From positions 62,001-126,000 of the forward strand of contig JAPEUI010000032.1 in NCBI GenBank assembly GCA_026025075.1: a DNA stretch of 64,000 bases, written 5' to 3'. Under the pieces are notes generated by a model. It did no database searches, was not told where the DNA came from, and saw only the letters and a list, made by a program, of their open reading frames with translations. Within the stretch, counting starts at the first letter, position 1. Each line of letters opens with the position of its first letter. Source of the stretch: Vezdaea acicularis. Lineage: Eukaryota. Below, piece after piece: positions 49,007-60,780 of this stretch. The position numbers and the translations under genes are program-made.

Positions 49007-50776
49007 ATGGCGACCAGTTCCAAAGGCCCAAGCTCGGAGAAGCCGTCCAAGGCGAGTCCTGTCCCTAGGGCCGCATTGCGATACATTGTATCGCCGCAAG
49101 AGTACAAAGTATTGCATCAATACATCTTATCACGGTCCCCTACATTACAACGAAACGTGCCCACCGTCGCGAGATACGAGGCTGCTTTGGTAGGGAAGGA
49201 TCATTACAATGCGGCGGCTGTGCGGGCAACAGCGAGAGTGTTCGTCGCGGCTCAGACCGGCTTGAAAGCTTGGGAATTGATGTCGAAGGTGCTATTTTCA
49301 AGAGGAAAGGCTGTAGCGTTCGTAATATCCGTGCATATTTATCTAAAAGGGGTTCTGACAGCTTTAATAGTCCAAAGCCAAAACAAGCCTTCTTCCGAAG
49401 TACCAACTTCCGTCTCTCGTTGTCCGTCTCCTCGATCCTCCTGTTCCACCGCCTCCTATATCGATTCTTCACCCGTCTTCGTGCGAACCTCCTCACACCC
49501 GACGCCCGGCCATTCCGGATAAGGAACCCGAAAGTCTCGAGGGGCTTGACTTCCGAGTTAGCACCGGCTGTGGGCGCGAGCTTGGCGGGGTTCTTGTTGG
49601 GGCTTTGTCCGAGTGATCAGTTAAGGGTCACGGTTGCTATATATGCTCTTTCGAGAGCGGCGGAGTTCTGGTACAACAAGCTAGAGGATGATGGCTGGTT
49701 CAAAGCACGGCCATGGGTAAGTTGATCATGTCGATCTAGGAGTCAAGATTCTAACGAGTTCATGATAGTGGTTTGGAAGCTGGCTTCTTATGCCACTCTC
49801 TTGTGGACAACTTCTACACGCCTTTGTGTTCGACCGTGACTGTTTTCCAAAAGTGAGCACTTTCCCACATTCTTTCTAGGCCTTTCTAACTCCTACTTAG
49901 CCCTATGGAGACTTCATAATGAAGTACCGAGGCTCCTACATACCATCTCGACCCCCTGCAGCCGACTACCCCTCCTCCCTTCCCTGGCCCGGCGTCTACC
50001 CCGTGGTAGACTCCCTATCAACAATGGCGAAGACTAAATGGCCTCCCTTCATCTCACCCATCCTCTTTCCCAACCTGAAAGTCCTCCCCACCTCCCTCTC
50101 TTACATCGCGCCCATCACGGACCCTGCACACCCGGCCATCAAGGCCCTCTCCTGTGCCGTGCTACACCCACAGGACCCAAGCTGTCTGCGCACCTACGTA
50201 ACATATTACATTCGCGCCTTCCCCGCCATTGTCAAGTTCTTCGCGCTGTTCATGTCGGCGATGGCTCTCCCGAGATATAGGGCCTTTTATGAAAAACCCT
50301 TCAAGACGCTCGACAAGCTGGCAAAGAGCATCCTTCGCATGTCTCTCTTTGTCACCGGCGCCATTGGTACTGCCTGGGGTTGTATCTGCCTCTTCCAGAA
50401 CATCCTCCCGCGCACGTTCCTGCCGACGCAGCGGTTCTTTGTAGGCGGATTTGTCGGCGGGCTGTGGGGTTTCTTGGAGCGGTCGAGTGGGCGTGGCCAG
50501 TTCTTGTATTCGGCGCGCTCGAGCCTGGATTCGACGTGGAAGGTTGGCGTGAAGCGCGGATGGTGGAGGGGCGTCCGGGGTGGGGATGTGTGGCTCTTTG
50601 TTGCGAGCTTGGCGGTCGTCAATGTCGTCTTCGAGCGGGATGCGAGGGCTGTGAGCTCAGGCATTGGGCGGAGAGGCTTGGGCTTCCTGCGAGGGGAGGG
50701 CTTCGCGGATAGACTGAAGAGCGAGAGCAGTCAAGACGGAACAGAGCACCGCCAGGCACAGAGGAAAGGCTCATGA
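49007..50776 (+). CDS. TMEM135-like integral membrane protein (peroxisomal/mitochondrial family)
   Basis: Exons 49007-49317 (upstream in-frame ATG at 48977), 49371-49716, 49769-49852, 49901-50776. Motifs WFGSWLLMPLSCGQLLHAFVFD, LSCAVLHPQDPSC and GGDVWLFVASLA, with several hydrophobic helices. Confidence 0.75.
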
Positions 50777-51390
50777 GCTGGAACTGAATTGATTACTAGC
50801 CAAGGGGAGGTCAACTGCTCAAGGCTCTATCCCTAAAGTTCTCGTATGATCTGTATGAGTGATGTTCACATGGTCTTGGCATACCAGTACCAGTAGCCCT
50901 GATCTAATTGAAAGAACTGTCTAGAACCCAGATGTCACCTGCCACAGTTTGTTTGCGATGATGCTGCATGGTGGGGCTTCAATTAGGTCTAGTGGGTGAT
51001 TAAGATTGCACTCCCCAAACGAGCCTCCTCGACTATATAAACCCTCCCCCCCCACCCTCTTCATCGCTTTCTTCCTCTTCCTCTTTCATCTCACATCGAG
51101 TACCAGTACTCATAGCTGGTACTCCTCCGAGCGAGCTCCGCCAGCTCACGCTCGTGACTTGTATCGTATCATCATCTCATTGCTATGGCTCTTGGTTTGT
51201 TGCCTTCGTTCACTTCATCGCTCGTTCTGACTTGTCTAGCTTCATATAGCAGGAACACTTGCTCTTGCCGTTTTGTTTCTTTGTGCAGAGTGGTCTCTCA
51301 CATTACTGCTTCTAGTAGTGGCTGACCACACTACTATCTCTTATCAATTGCCCTTCGCTTCACTTCAATTTCATTACTATCACACTCGAA

Positions 51391-52121
51391 ATGCGTATTC
51401 TCATTCTCGGCGCCTCTGGGCGTATCGGACAAAACATTGTCTCTGAAGCGCTTTCTAGAGGTAAGTTTTTGCCCAATATTCCATCTGGCTTACATCTTCT
51501 GCCTGAGCATTTCCTGATTTTGCTTGCTCAGGCCACCAAGTCGCAGCACTTGTGCGCGACAAGTCCATCTCGAAGCTGGCAGCTCGAGATGGACTCGAGG
51601 TCTTTCCCTGCACCACAATAACTGAAGCAGAACTTGAGTCCGCCATCGTGGGAAAGCGAGAAAACTCTGCTCTCGCTTATCCTGACGCAATAATCTCTGC
51701 CCTCAATTCGGATTCTCCTCGCACTCAGCCTCTCTTCATGGCTGGCGTCATCTCACGTGTCCTCACTGCGATGGCTACCTACAATATCAAAAAGCTGACC
51801 GTCCTCTCCGCCTTCGGCGTCGGCTCCTCATATCCTTATACCGGCCTCCTACTCCACAATATTTTGCACGCCACAAATCTCTTGCACACCTATGTCGACC
51901 ACGAAGCCGTGGAATTTGCCCTGGAGCATTCTGAGTTGGCTGCTTTAGTAGTCCGCTCAGTCATGCATTCCGAGGGCGAAAAGAGCGAAGTCTTCTCTTA
52001 CGAAGCTTCAGGGAAGAATTCGGGGACTCTGATCTCTCGGCAGAGCCTGGGGGCCTTTCTGGTGGACTCCGTTCAGCCTGAATGGCCTGAGCGCCGTAGC
52101 ACTATAGTAGTTAGTAATTAA
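51391..52121 (+). CDS. NAD(P)-binding atypical SDR (flavin reductase/BLVRB-like)
   Basis: Exons 51391-51460 and 51532-52121. Rossmann motif MRILILGASGRIG...ALSRGHQVAALVRD, then VLSAFGVGSS, YVDHEAVE and ISRQSLGAFLV. Confidence 0.85.
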
Positions 52122-52134
52122 AGAATAGGAGGAA

Positions 52135-52283
52135 GGGGAGAAGCTGCTGGGGGGCCGTCCCCCCGCTATAGCAGTAGGCCAGTTGAAAAGGATAGAGTGG
52201 GATCAGGGGAAAAGCTGCTGAGGGAAAGCCCAATGCCAATTAAAGCTGGGGCTGTCCCTCCTATAGCAGTAGGCACGTTGAAA
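52135..52283. repeat. Degenerate direct duplication just 3' of the SDR gene
   Basis: GGGCCGTCCCCCCGCTATAGCAGTAGGCCAGTTGAAA (about 52152-52188) versus GGGCTGTCCCTCCTATAGCAGTAGGCACGTTGAAA (about 52248-52283). GGGGARAAGCTGCTG also occurs twice. Confidence 0.7.
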
Positions 52284-52913
52284 TGAAAGATCTGGGTCAA
52301 TCTGGTACCGGTCAATGCGAAGCAGGGCAAAGTAGATAGACGGATTAGACAGAAGTACTTGTTCTCTGCCACTTGAAGCCCTTCTCCTGCCTTGCTCTCT
52401 GGTGACCTCACTGCCCTTAGGCCTCCCATTATGAATGTTCCCTCTGCCTAATTGCTTGCTATAAGCTCCACTGGCTCTTTCGCCAGACCGCTCTAGGCAC
52501 CCTAGCGCCTGAAGCAATGCCCGGAAGTTGTTCTTCAGTGCATGACACTATTGATCTTTGACTCGCCCCTCTTGCCGCAGTGACCCCAGAGCCCGGAAAG
52601 TAGCCGCTAGGCTCTTCTCCTGCCACATCGCCCCTCCCTGCCTCTTCGCAAGCCTGCCACAGGCACATTGCTGGGTCGGCTCCAGTCATCTCGACGCCTG
52701 TGCGATGACTGAATTAGTGTTGAGGCTCGCCATCAATTCTGCCTAGAGAAAGCGCCGCAGCGACGCCAAAGCCCGCAAAATTGCCTTCAAGCTCTCCTAT
52801 AAAGCCGCCGTAGCTACGAACCACGACAAGACGCCTAAAGTCTACCAAACCTTAAAAACCCAGCATGCCCAGTACCAACAGCGCACCCAAAAAACGCCAA
52901 CACATCCCCTCAC

Positions 52914-53553
52914 CTACCCATCCTCCTCCACGCTTATCCTCCCCGCACCCTCCCCCCCATCCACTCTCCCATACCGGGCCCCCTCCACTCCCGGCCTCGC
53001 AGCACCCAGTCCCACCCCCCCACCCCTCACAAGCCTCACCAGCCAATCCCTCGCCAAGGCCCACACGAGCAGTCCCATCGTCGCCGCAATGAAGCCTAGC
53101 ACCACGACCTGATCCTTGCGGCTATCGCGCTGGAAGCAAAGGGTGTAGACGTCGGCGTCGGTCGCGTGTTTGCAGATCGGCAGGTTTTGCTCGAGGCAGA
53201 ACTGGCGCGTGCAGTCGGCGCAGGTGTGTGGTTTGTGGTTTGTTGGAGGAGAAGGGGTGACGGCGCGGAGGTGGAAGGGGAGGGGGTGGTTGAGGATGTT
53301 GAGGGGGGGGTGTGAGGAGGTGCTGGGGGAAGAGTCGAGGGGGATGATGGTGCTGTTGCTGAAGCAGGTGCATTTGCAGAAGGAGGTTGCTTCTGGGGAA
53401 GGGGTTATGAAGGGTTAGCTGGCTGCCTCCTGTGGAGGGGGGGGGACGGTGATGGAGGTGTTGAATGGAGAGAAGCTTACTTGCGGCAGAGGAGGAGGGG
53501 AGGAGGGAGAGGAGGATTAGGAGCAGAGGAAAGAGGGATGGTTTTGAGTGCAT
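52914..53553 (-). CDS. Small Cys-rich type I membrane protein of a conserved, uncharacterised fungal family
   Basis: Exons 53553-53481 and 53392-52914 (GTAAGC...GCTAAC...CAG). Signal peptide, then FCKCTCFSNSTII...TCADCTRQFCLEQNLPICK...CFQRDSRKDQ, then TM VVVLGFIAATMGLLVWAL. Confidence 0.8.
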
Positions 53554-54243
53554 CTTGAATGTTTGGGCGGGTTCTTGGCCAATTCGTGGCCGCGGTAGTT
53601 CAGGTGGATTACGGTCGATGAGGAAATACGCGGACTCGGGCTTTTCGAGGGTTCTCGCGGTTGGCGAGGTGGAGCTCTTTCCGCTTCCAGAAGAAATACA
53701 GAAGCGGTAGTCAGCTCTTATAGACCTCTACTCCCTCTAGTCAATGACTTGTCCTCCAGTAGGGCCCTTTCTAAATTGCCAAAGCTTTCATTTTGCTCCT
53801 CTGGTGCTTTGAGATCTTCTGGCCTTTTTAAGTCTCATGTAGAGAAATTGCTCAGTAGCGGATGGGTATCGCTTTTCAGAAATCTAAAACGTTCCCGAGC
53901 GATCTTCAAAAATCACTTCGAGCCTGATTTTGAGCATTAGACTTCGAGCGGTGAAACTACTCGATGACGCCCTGCTGGCTGTACTGTGCCGCATCCTGCG
54001 GATCTGGTATCCATTCTCTGGTCCAAGCTTTGCTTGACGGAGATGTCTACCGCGGCATATTTTCAATGGAATAAAACGCATGGATTCCAACGACGATGGA
54101 GTTTTTGCTTATTCTGTTTCCTTAATATTTACCAATTGATGAGGAAAGCTATGTCTGAAAACGATTCAAGCTTTGCTTGAGGTGCTTTCCGTCCTTTTAT
54201 CTACACGCTCTCCGAGTTGAGGCATCTTCCTGCACTCTTGGAT

Positions 54244-55845
54244 ATGAGACGCCATCTCCTAAGAGACCCCTTCAACGCGCTCCTCATATATCTCTTTGCT
54301 GCTCTCTCATGGAGGACGACTGCGACATCCGATGGAGACGCGGGCAGCAGCAGCAATAGTAATGGCCAATGTGTTGAGCAAGACCAATGTTCAGCAGATC
54401 TGTCGACGCCCTTGGATCAAATGTTAAATACACCCGGCGAACCTTACCCTCTGGCCGACAACCGTGGTCGCATAGTCTGTCACGGTCGAATTCCGCCCTG
54501 GCTTGAACTTCCGCCGGGGTTTAGCCATCTGGATTGGGACAATTCTCAGCAACTCTGCTCGCACAATAATTACGGTGGCTCCGCTTATGCCAATCTCGGT
54601 GGCTACTGTCAAGGCGAGGGTGATTCCCGTGGGATCACCTTTGGTGCGAGCGACTCGAGGCATCCAGAATTTTATGCTAGTTTGGTGCTGAAGTCGTGGT
54701 GCTTTGTCCATTGCGACTGCGCAAATGACCCAAGGCAGATTACAACTACAGTCTCAGCCGGAGTTGAATATCTTATCATTCCAGAAGTAGACGGCATACT
54801 ACTAAATACAGCTAATAGCGCATTGGTGGTCGTTGTGTTCGACCATAGCACGTTGATAGGTACGGAAACGCTTTATCAGCCACCTACGGCTCTCAACGAG
54901 CCGCCACAAATAACGCCTGGTCCTCGCAATGGCATTGGGCGCAACCGCGGTAGAACTCCATTCATCATCTGTGCCGGGCTTCTCCCGTGGTGGGAGCTGC
55001 CGTCTCCCGTCCATGTCGGAATGTACGACTCTCTTCAGCGTTTGTGCGCCTCGAAGCCAAACGGAGGCCTCCGAGACTCTAACATGGGTGGCCGGTGCGA
55101 CAGCAGGTATACGCCTGCGCAAGTGGTTTTCGACCCATATTGGGCGCTTGAATCGCTCTGGGAGGATTACCGGCTGCATGCTTACTGTGGGGCAAAATGC
55201 TGGTGTGTGGACTCGCCGATGCCGCGATATTCAAGCGGAGAACTCATCCATCTCGGCGAAAACATAATGGTGAACACGGAGAATTGGGGCCTGGTACTAT
55301 ATAGCATGGACGAGACAAGAGGAATGAGCAGCCTGACACTGGTGCCACCGCAGGACTCGAACCCTTACCTGGCGCAACCCGAGCCTGAATTGGCAGCCGT
55401 ACAGGGGGCACAACCGCAGCCAGGGCAAGGTGTCACAGAGCCATTCTTGGCCGCACCGACGCCGGTTGTGATAGTGACCAACCGTCATGGTGAGAGGTAC
55501 GACAACCTGGGCGAGGCTTCACCTGGTAGCTCTTGTGGTGGCTTGTGTTCTAGTCCAGGCGATTGCTTGATGACTGCATCCTGTCTCTGTGTTCTTTCTC
55601 TGTGGACGCTTGGCACAGATCCTGTGGCTCGAGGGTCTAGGTGTCGGGCCAGGGGCTCGAAGTCGTGGCCTGGATGGCCGCGCAAAGAACGCTCTGCATC
55701 GACGGACCTGTGCGTCTGTAACGCTACATATGCGAGCGAGGCATGCTGCGGGAGCTTGAACGGCATCATTTGGGAAGAGGCCGGGAACAACGTCCTCGGA
55801 GGAGCGGGGTCGTACAGATTTATTGGGGGCCCTTTGAGACAATAG
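54244..55845 (+). CDS. Uncharacterised, probably secreted, Cys-rich protein with two tandem domains and a Cys-rich C-terminal module
   Basis: Intronless ORF from ATG 54244 with a hydrophobic N-terminal segment (FNALLIYLFAALSW). Internal repeat C-x-G-x2-P-x-W...QxLC...GG...NxGGxC...F...C-x3-C-x-C occurs twice. Ends with CVCNATYASEACCGSLNGIIWE. Confidence 0.8.
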   Translation: MRRHLLRDPFNALLIYLFAALSWRTTATSDGDAGSSSNSNGQCVEQDQCSADLSTPLDQMLNTPGEPYPLADNRGRIVCHGRIPPWLELPPGFSHLDWDNSQQLCSHNNYGGSAYANLGGYCQGEGDSRGITFGASDSRHPEFYASLVLKSWCFVHCDCANDPRQITTTVSAGVEYLIIPEVDGILLNTANSALVVVVFDHSTLIGTETLYQPPTALNEPPQITPGPRNGIGRNRGRTPFIICAGLLPWWELPSPVHVGMYDSLQRLCASKPNGGLRDSNMGGRCDSRYTPAQVVFDPYWALESLWEDYRLHAYCGAKCWCVDSPMPRYSSGELIHLGENIMVNTENWGLVLYSMDETRGMSSLTLVPPQDSNPYLAQPEPELAAVQGAQPQPGQGVTEPFLAAPTPVVIVTNRHGERYDNLGEASPGSSCGGLCSSPGDCLMTASCLCVLSLWTLGTDPVARGSRCRARGSKSWPGWPRKERSASTDLCVCNATYASEACCGSLNGIIWEEAGNNVLGGAGSYRFIGGPLRQ

Positions 55846-56492
55846 ATTTTCTTTCGCTCTACGCCGTAAAGTAAGCCGAATCTTTGCAATTGCTTCTATG
55901 AACTAATATGCATTGATGGTTGCTATCGCATAATTGGTTTCCCGGACCGACAATTGCGGGATCGGCGTCTTTCGACGGCCGCAAGCGAACCGCGTTTAGT
56001 GGCCCCGTGGCTTGGAAATAGCGTTCGGGTGGGTGCCCCATTCGCTCCCCCGCAAGACCAATTTAGCTTCGACCCGCCGACGACATAACCACGGGTAAAA
56101 AAGCTGAAGATAGATTCTAGGGCACGCAATAGATCTCTTGCGTCGACGTCAAACTGTTATGGACTGGTCCTCAGCGGTTCTCTCCGCTCACCACCACAAG
56201 CTTTCACCGGACCTGCGGGCGCATCCTGAGACGCGCTATGCAGCGTCCTCCTGGCCTTCGGCGAATTGCAGAGGATCCTCTAACCGCTGAACCTCGCATC
56301 ATACCCACAACCGCCATTGGCCGCACACCTGCGACCGCGATGCACCATGGAAAGCTACGCGTGCCTGGTCAGGTCGAGCCTGGCGAATATGAAACTCGAA
56401 GCCTTATCAATTGTCGATGTGGACTTGTCGACTGCGATGCTCGCTCTTTCATTTCCTCCTCAACCACGACCTGGAGGTCATGTTGATCAGGC

Positions 56493-58559
56493 ATGCTGTC
56501 TCGATACCCTTCTCTTCTCCTCATGGCGGGATGGCTGTGGTCCTGTAGAGCAACCCAGCTAGAGCCTCATGGAAACAAGCTTTCTGCTAGAGCTAACGGA
56601 GATCTGTGCAATATATATTCGCCTCGCAGTAGGATGCGTCTAGTTGGGGTTGTCTGAAGCTTCACTAACACTGGTGCAGTTGCGCTTGTCGGAAACAATC
56701 TCTATTTTATAGCCGGCAATTATACCTTTCTTTCCGATGCCAAAGGTGGATCCCAAGGACCTGGTGAGTTTTTTTTTGTACTCATTTTTTGTTTCTAGCT
56801 AACCTGAGAAATAAGTGCCGTCTTTATACTGGATAGATCTCCATACATCCTTCCGTGCCGAGTCGTCAATCTCAATTGATTCAATCCATTCCTCTTCCAT
56901 CCCTCATGGCCTTACGCCAAGTATTGACCTCCAAGTCAATGGGACTGGTGGAAGCCTCTTTACAGACGACACTACTTTGTATATCTTTGCGGGCTTTAAC
57001 TCTGAAACCAATCAGCCTAATGTATCTCCTGGTGACAACACGCTTGCCGCGTACAATACCTCGACGGGAAAATGGACTTCAGTAGAAGTTGGTGGGGGCA
57101 ACTTCCAATTTGGAGACCGCGTGAATGGCGAGTCGATCTCAACTCCAAATGACGGATTATCATTCTACCTTGGTGGCGGCTATGAAGATGAAGCAGAAAC
57201 GCCTGGTCTCCTTAGGTTTGATGCCTCGGATCCTATGAGCTTGAAATGGTCCAATGAAACGGGCTCTGGCGTACCAAGCGTCTCCGGTGGCGCTATGGTC
57301 TATGTCCCGATGGGCGATGCTGGAGTTGTTCTCCTATTCGGAGGCTATGATGTAATTGCATATCACCTGAAGATATTACCCCGCTAATGAACGGTAGACA
57401 TCTCACCACGCAGATGCAGACGGTTCACAGCCTCCCTGGGACTACAATGTCTTTAGCCAGATCTCCGTCTATGACATTGCCTCAAGTACCTGGTATGTAG
57501 TCAACAACCAAAATGCACGTAACCCGCTGACTAATGGCTAGGTACAAAATGCCTGCCACCGGCGACGTGCCATCAAACAGAAGTCAATTCTGTGCTGCAG
57601 TATCGGCTGCACCGGACTATTCTTCATTCCAGGTCACCATGTATGGCGGTACATCCGTGCCGGCCAACTCTTCTCAGGAATTTGGTTACTCCAATGAAGA
57701 CGTTTATGTACTTGCAATACCGTCTTTCAAGTGGATCAAAACCGCTACATCCAACAACGAAGAGTTAGAGACATCATTGTCAACATCAAACGGTCCCATT
57801 GGGAGATACGGTCACAAGTGTGCAATGTGGAATGATTCGCAAATGATAGTAGTTGGCGGCAAGGTTAGCCAAGGCGACGCTCTTCTGACCAATTCTAGCA
57901 CTTGTGATATCTACCCCCCTTTGCGGGTCCTGGACACCAATACGTTTACATGGATGCCAGAGTTTTTACCAAATATGACATATACGGTACCAAGTTTCAT
58001 CACAGATGTGATAGGCACCTCCCCGGGCAGAAACACGTCGCTCCGAAGTCCGGCTAACCCATGGCCAAACGCTCAGCTGCAAACGATCTTCTCTAAGACG
58101 CTTCCCAAAAAGAACCAGACCGCCCCTTCGTCCAAGAAGCCAGCGGGCCATCCATACAGTGCGGCAGTAGCAGGAATAGCCTGTGGTGCTATCGGCATCT
58201 TACTCCTTATCTTCCTCACTGCCACACTGATCGTCTGGATGCGCCGCCGGAAGCCAGTGCTGACGCCCAAAGGTCCGAGCGATGCGGATATTCGCTACTG
58301 GGCAAAGCCTGCTCTACCAGCCACGGACGCGGGAAAGAAGGCCGGACTTCCTGAGTGGACGCCGACGATTGTCCACCACGGTCCGGCTGAGATGAGTGGA
58401 CGGTCTGTCATACGACATCAAAAGCCAGGCATTTATCCGCTCGTGAACATGCCCTCGAAACCGCCACGGAAGAAAAAGAAAGTTGATCGAACCATGAGGG
58501 AGTCGAGAGAGTCGAGAGATTCGACGGGGATGGTCGAGCGCGATGCGTGGTTGAATTGA
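56493..58559 (+). CDS. Type I membrane protein with an extracellular Kelch/galactose-oxidase-like beta-propeller
   Basis: Exons 56493-56628, 56680-56763, 56816-57351, 57398-57492, 57542-58559. Signal peptide, Kelch-like blades (LYIFAG, FYLGG, LLFGG, VYDIASSTW, MYGG, RYGHKC, IVVGG), many N-x-S/T sites, TM AVAGIACGAIGILLLIFLTATLIVW followed by RRRK. Confidence 0.85.
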
Positions 58560-59070
58560 TGTCTTACGATTACTTTAGGGTGACTTTTGGAGTTTTTCTA
58601 GGCTGGAAAGGACGGCGTTCGAGGGCAAAGGTCAATGGGTAATGTCTTATTATATCGGGCGTTTTTCCCATATGGAGGAATGCGGTATTCCCGTAGGAAC
58701 GGTGTTCGTTTGGCTTGCTTTTCTTGGAGTAAGATGCTCCTAGGATATTAGTTATGGCTAAACCACAGGGTGTGCTGCATATTCTCCAAGTCATCAATTT
58801 CTTCACATTCGTTTTGCGTAGCCCTTTTTCTGAAGATTCGAGATGTGCTCGCCACAGTAGCAGGAGGAGGGACTCCGTAACTTGGCAATTTCTTGAGGAA
58901 CGTACGTAATGGCCGTCAAATCCACGAAATTACCATGCTGAAGGGTGTGTCTCTTCTAATTGCCATGTTATTCTTGGCGTCGTTCGTTTAGGAGCGTCCT
59001 TCCTCTCTCCTAAACCCCACCATTAGATAAAGTGAGATCTAATTGCACGGCGCAAGCCCACACCGACAGA

Positions 59071-60142
59071 ATGAGCGACCCAGCGGAGGCAAAAGAAACA
59101 CCTGCTACGGCAGCGCCCACGGAGCCCATCCAAAAGCCACTCCCAGAAGCACAAACGGGTGTGGATACCACACAACCCAGCGAGCCTACCGAAAAACCAG
59201 CTCTAGAGCCGAGCTCCAAAGTCCGCCCCCCCACTTGGCCCGAGCTTCCCACGGAACATCCTCTACGCTCTCTAAAAGGCAAATTGCTCTCCATCCTGCA
59301 CGAATCCCAGCATTCGGAGATTTGGGGCATCACTCTTTCTGCAAACGAACCAGTGCCTTTCACAACCCTCATCATTCTGCAGAAGTTCCTTCGGGCGAAT
59401 GCAAATAATGTCGAGAAGGCGGCCGATCAGCTGCTAGCTACGCTCAAATGGAGGAAGGAGTTTGATCCGGTCAAGGCTAAAGGCGAGACATTTGACGGGG
59501 AGAGATTCGGTGGTTTGGGATATGTGACGGTGCTGGACCGGCCGGGTAGTGGGGCTCAGAAGGAGGTATGTACGTGGAATATATATGGAGCAGTGAAGGA
59601 CAATAAGAAGACATTCGGTGATGTGGACAGGTAAGCAAGCCCCTCCAAGGCTTTACGTCAAGCATCACAGCACTTATTAGGTGTCATATAGCTTCCTTCG
59701 CTGGCGTGTTGCTCTTATGGAACACTCCCTGACGCGACTCGACTTAGCCAGCGCTACGACCCCTATCCCCGACCACGGCCAAGGCGCAGATCCTTATCAG
59801 ATGACTCAAGTCCACGACTACCTCAATGTTTCTTTCTTGCGTATGGATCCTGCTGTGAAAGCCGCTTCCAAAACGACGATCGAGACATTTCAATCCTTCT
59901 ACCCCGAGCTGCTTGCACGGAAGTTCTTTGTCAACGTCCCAGTCATCATGGGATGGGTATTCTCAGCGATGAAGGTATTCATGGCGGAGGAAACAAGAAA
60001 GAAACTCGTAGTACTGAGCTATGGGAATCAGGTCGCCGCGGAGCTGGGAGAGGGCGTGCCAGAGGTCTATGGCGGAAAGGGAGGACCGCTGGAGAAAGTG
60101 GGCGAGACGGTGTCACTCACAGCAGGCTCGGTCGCAAAGTAA
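59071..60142 (+). CDS. SFH5: Sec14/CRAL-TRIO family protein Sfh5
   Basis: Exons 59071-59630 and 59692-60142. Motifs HSEIWGITL, ILQKFLRAN, TWNIYG, FLRWRVALME, QVHDYLNVSFLRMDP and YPELLARKFFVNVP. Confidence 0.93.
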
Positions 60143-60780
60143 CCAACGCGATTTGAAGCTGTCTCTTTTGTTCCTCGAAAACATTTAGATACCCCTCCTT
60201 CATGGATTGCATTAGGAGCGGAGCTCTTCCTTGAGTAGCGCTTCGCTATGATGGTTAGTTTAGGAAGTACCGCTCTAGTAGCGCAATAAAAGGGGCAGAG
60301 CCTGCAAAGGCGAACCATGCGACTTGAGCTTCTTCCCTCATACAAGAACACTGTGATCTGAGGGGCGCCCATGGAAGTGCTGAAAGCCGTCGTTCTAGGC
60401 ACACAGACATCTCAACGAGTTCATTAGTCCCGTAACGTGGCTGGCTTCTTGTTATGTGACATCCTTCACGATGTATAAACTACCTTTAATAATAAGCCCA
60501 AGATTTCGCTGACGGGTAATATCTAACAATATGGAGAGGATTTCATATGCTCTTTGCATGTAAGCTGTCACTTTCAGAATATCGAGGTTGCGAGACGAAA
60601 CTCACACGACTTAGTGCGGCAGCTTCCGAAATGGGCTGAACAATTTAGCTTTGGGACTATAACCTTTAAACCAGCCTCCGAGAACATTTGATAGATATTA
60701 TATGGAGGCAATGATGAGGCCCAAAGGCGCCCGCGTCTTTTCTTCGGCTTCTACAATCGCTTTCCAGGCGGCCTGCTGAG

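Noticed and set aside
52284..52750. Transposon or RIP relic next to the degenerate duplication
   Set aside because: No terminal repeats, target-site duplication or transposase/RT motifs seen.
53122..53553. 143-aa His/Pro-rich secreted ORF from the track
   Set aside because: Read-through of intron 53480-53393. Splicing shifts to a frame with a conserved Cys pattern and a TM helix.
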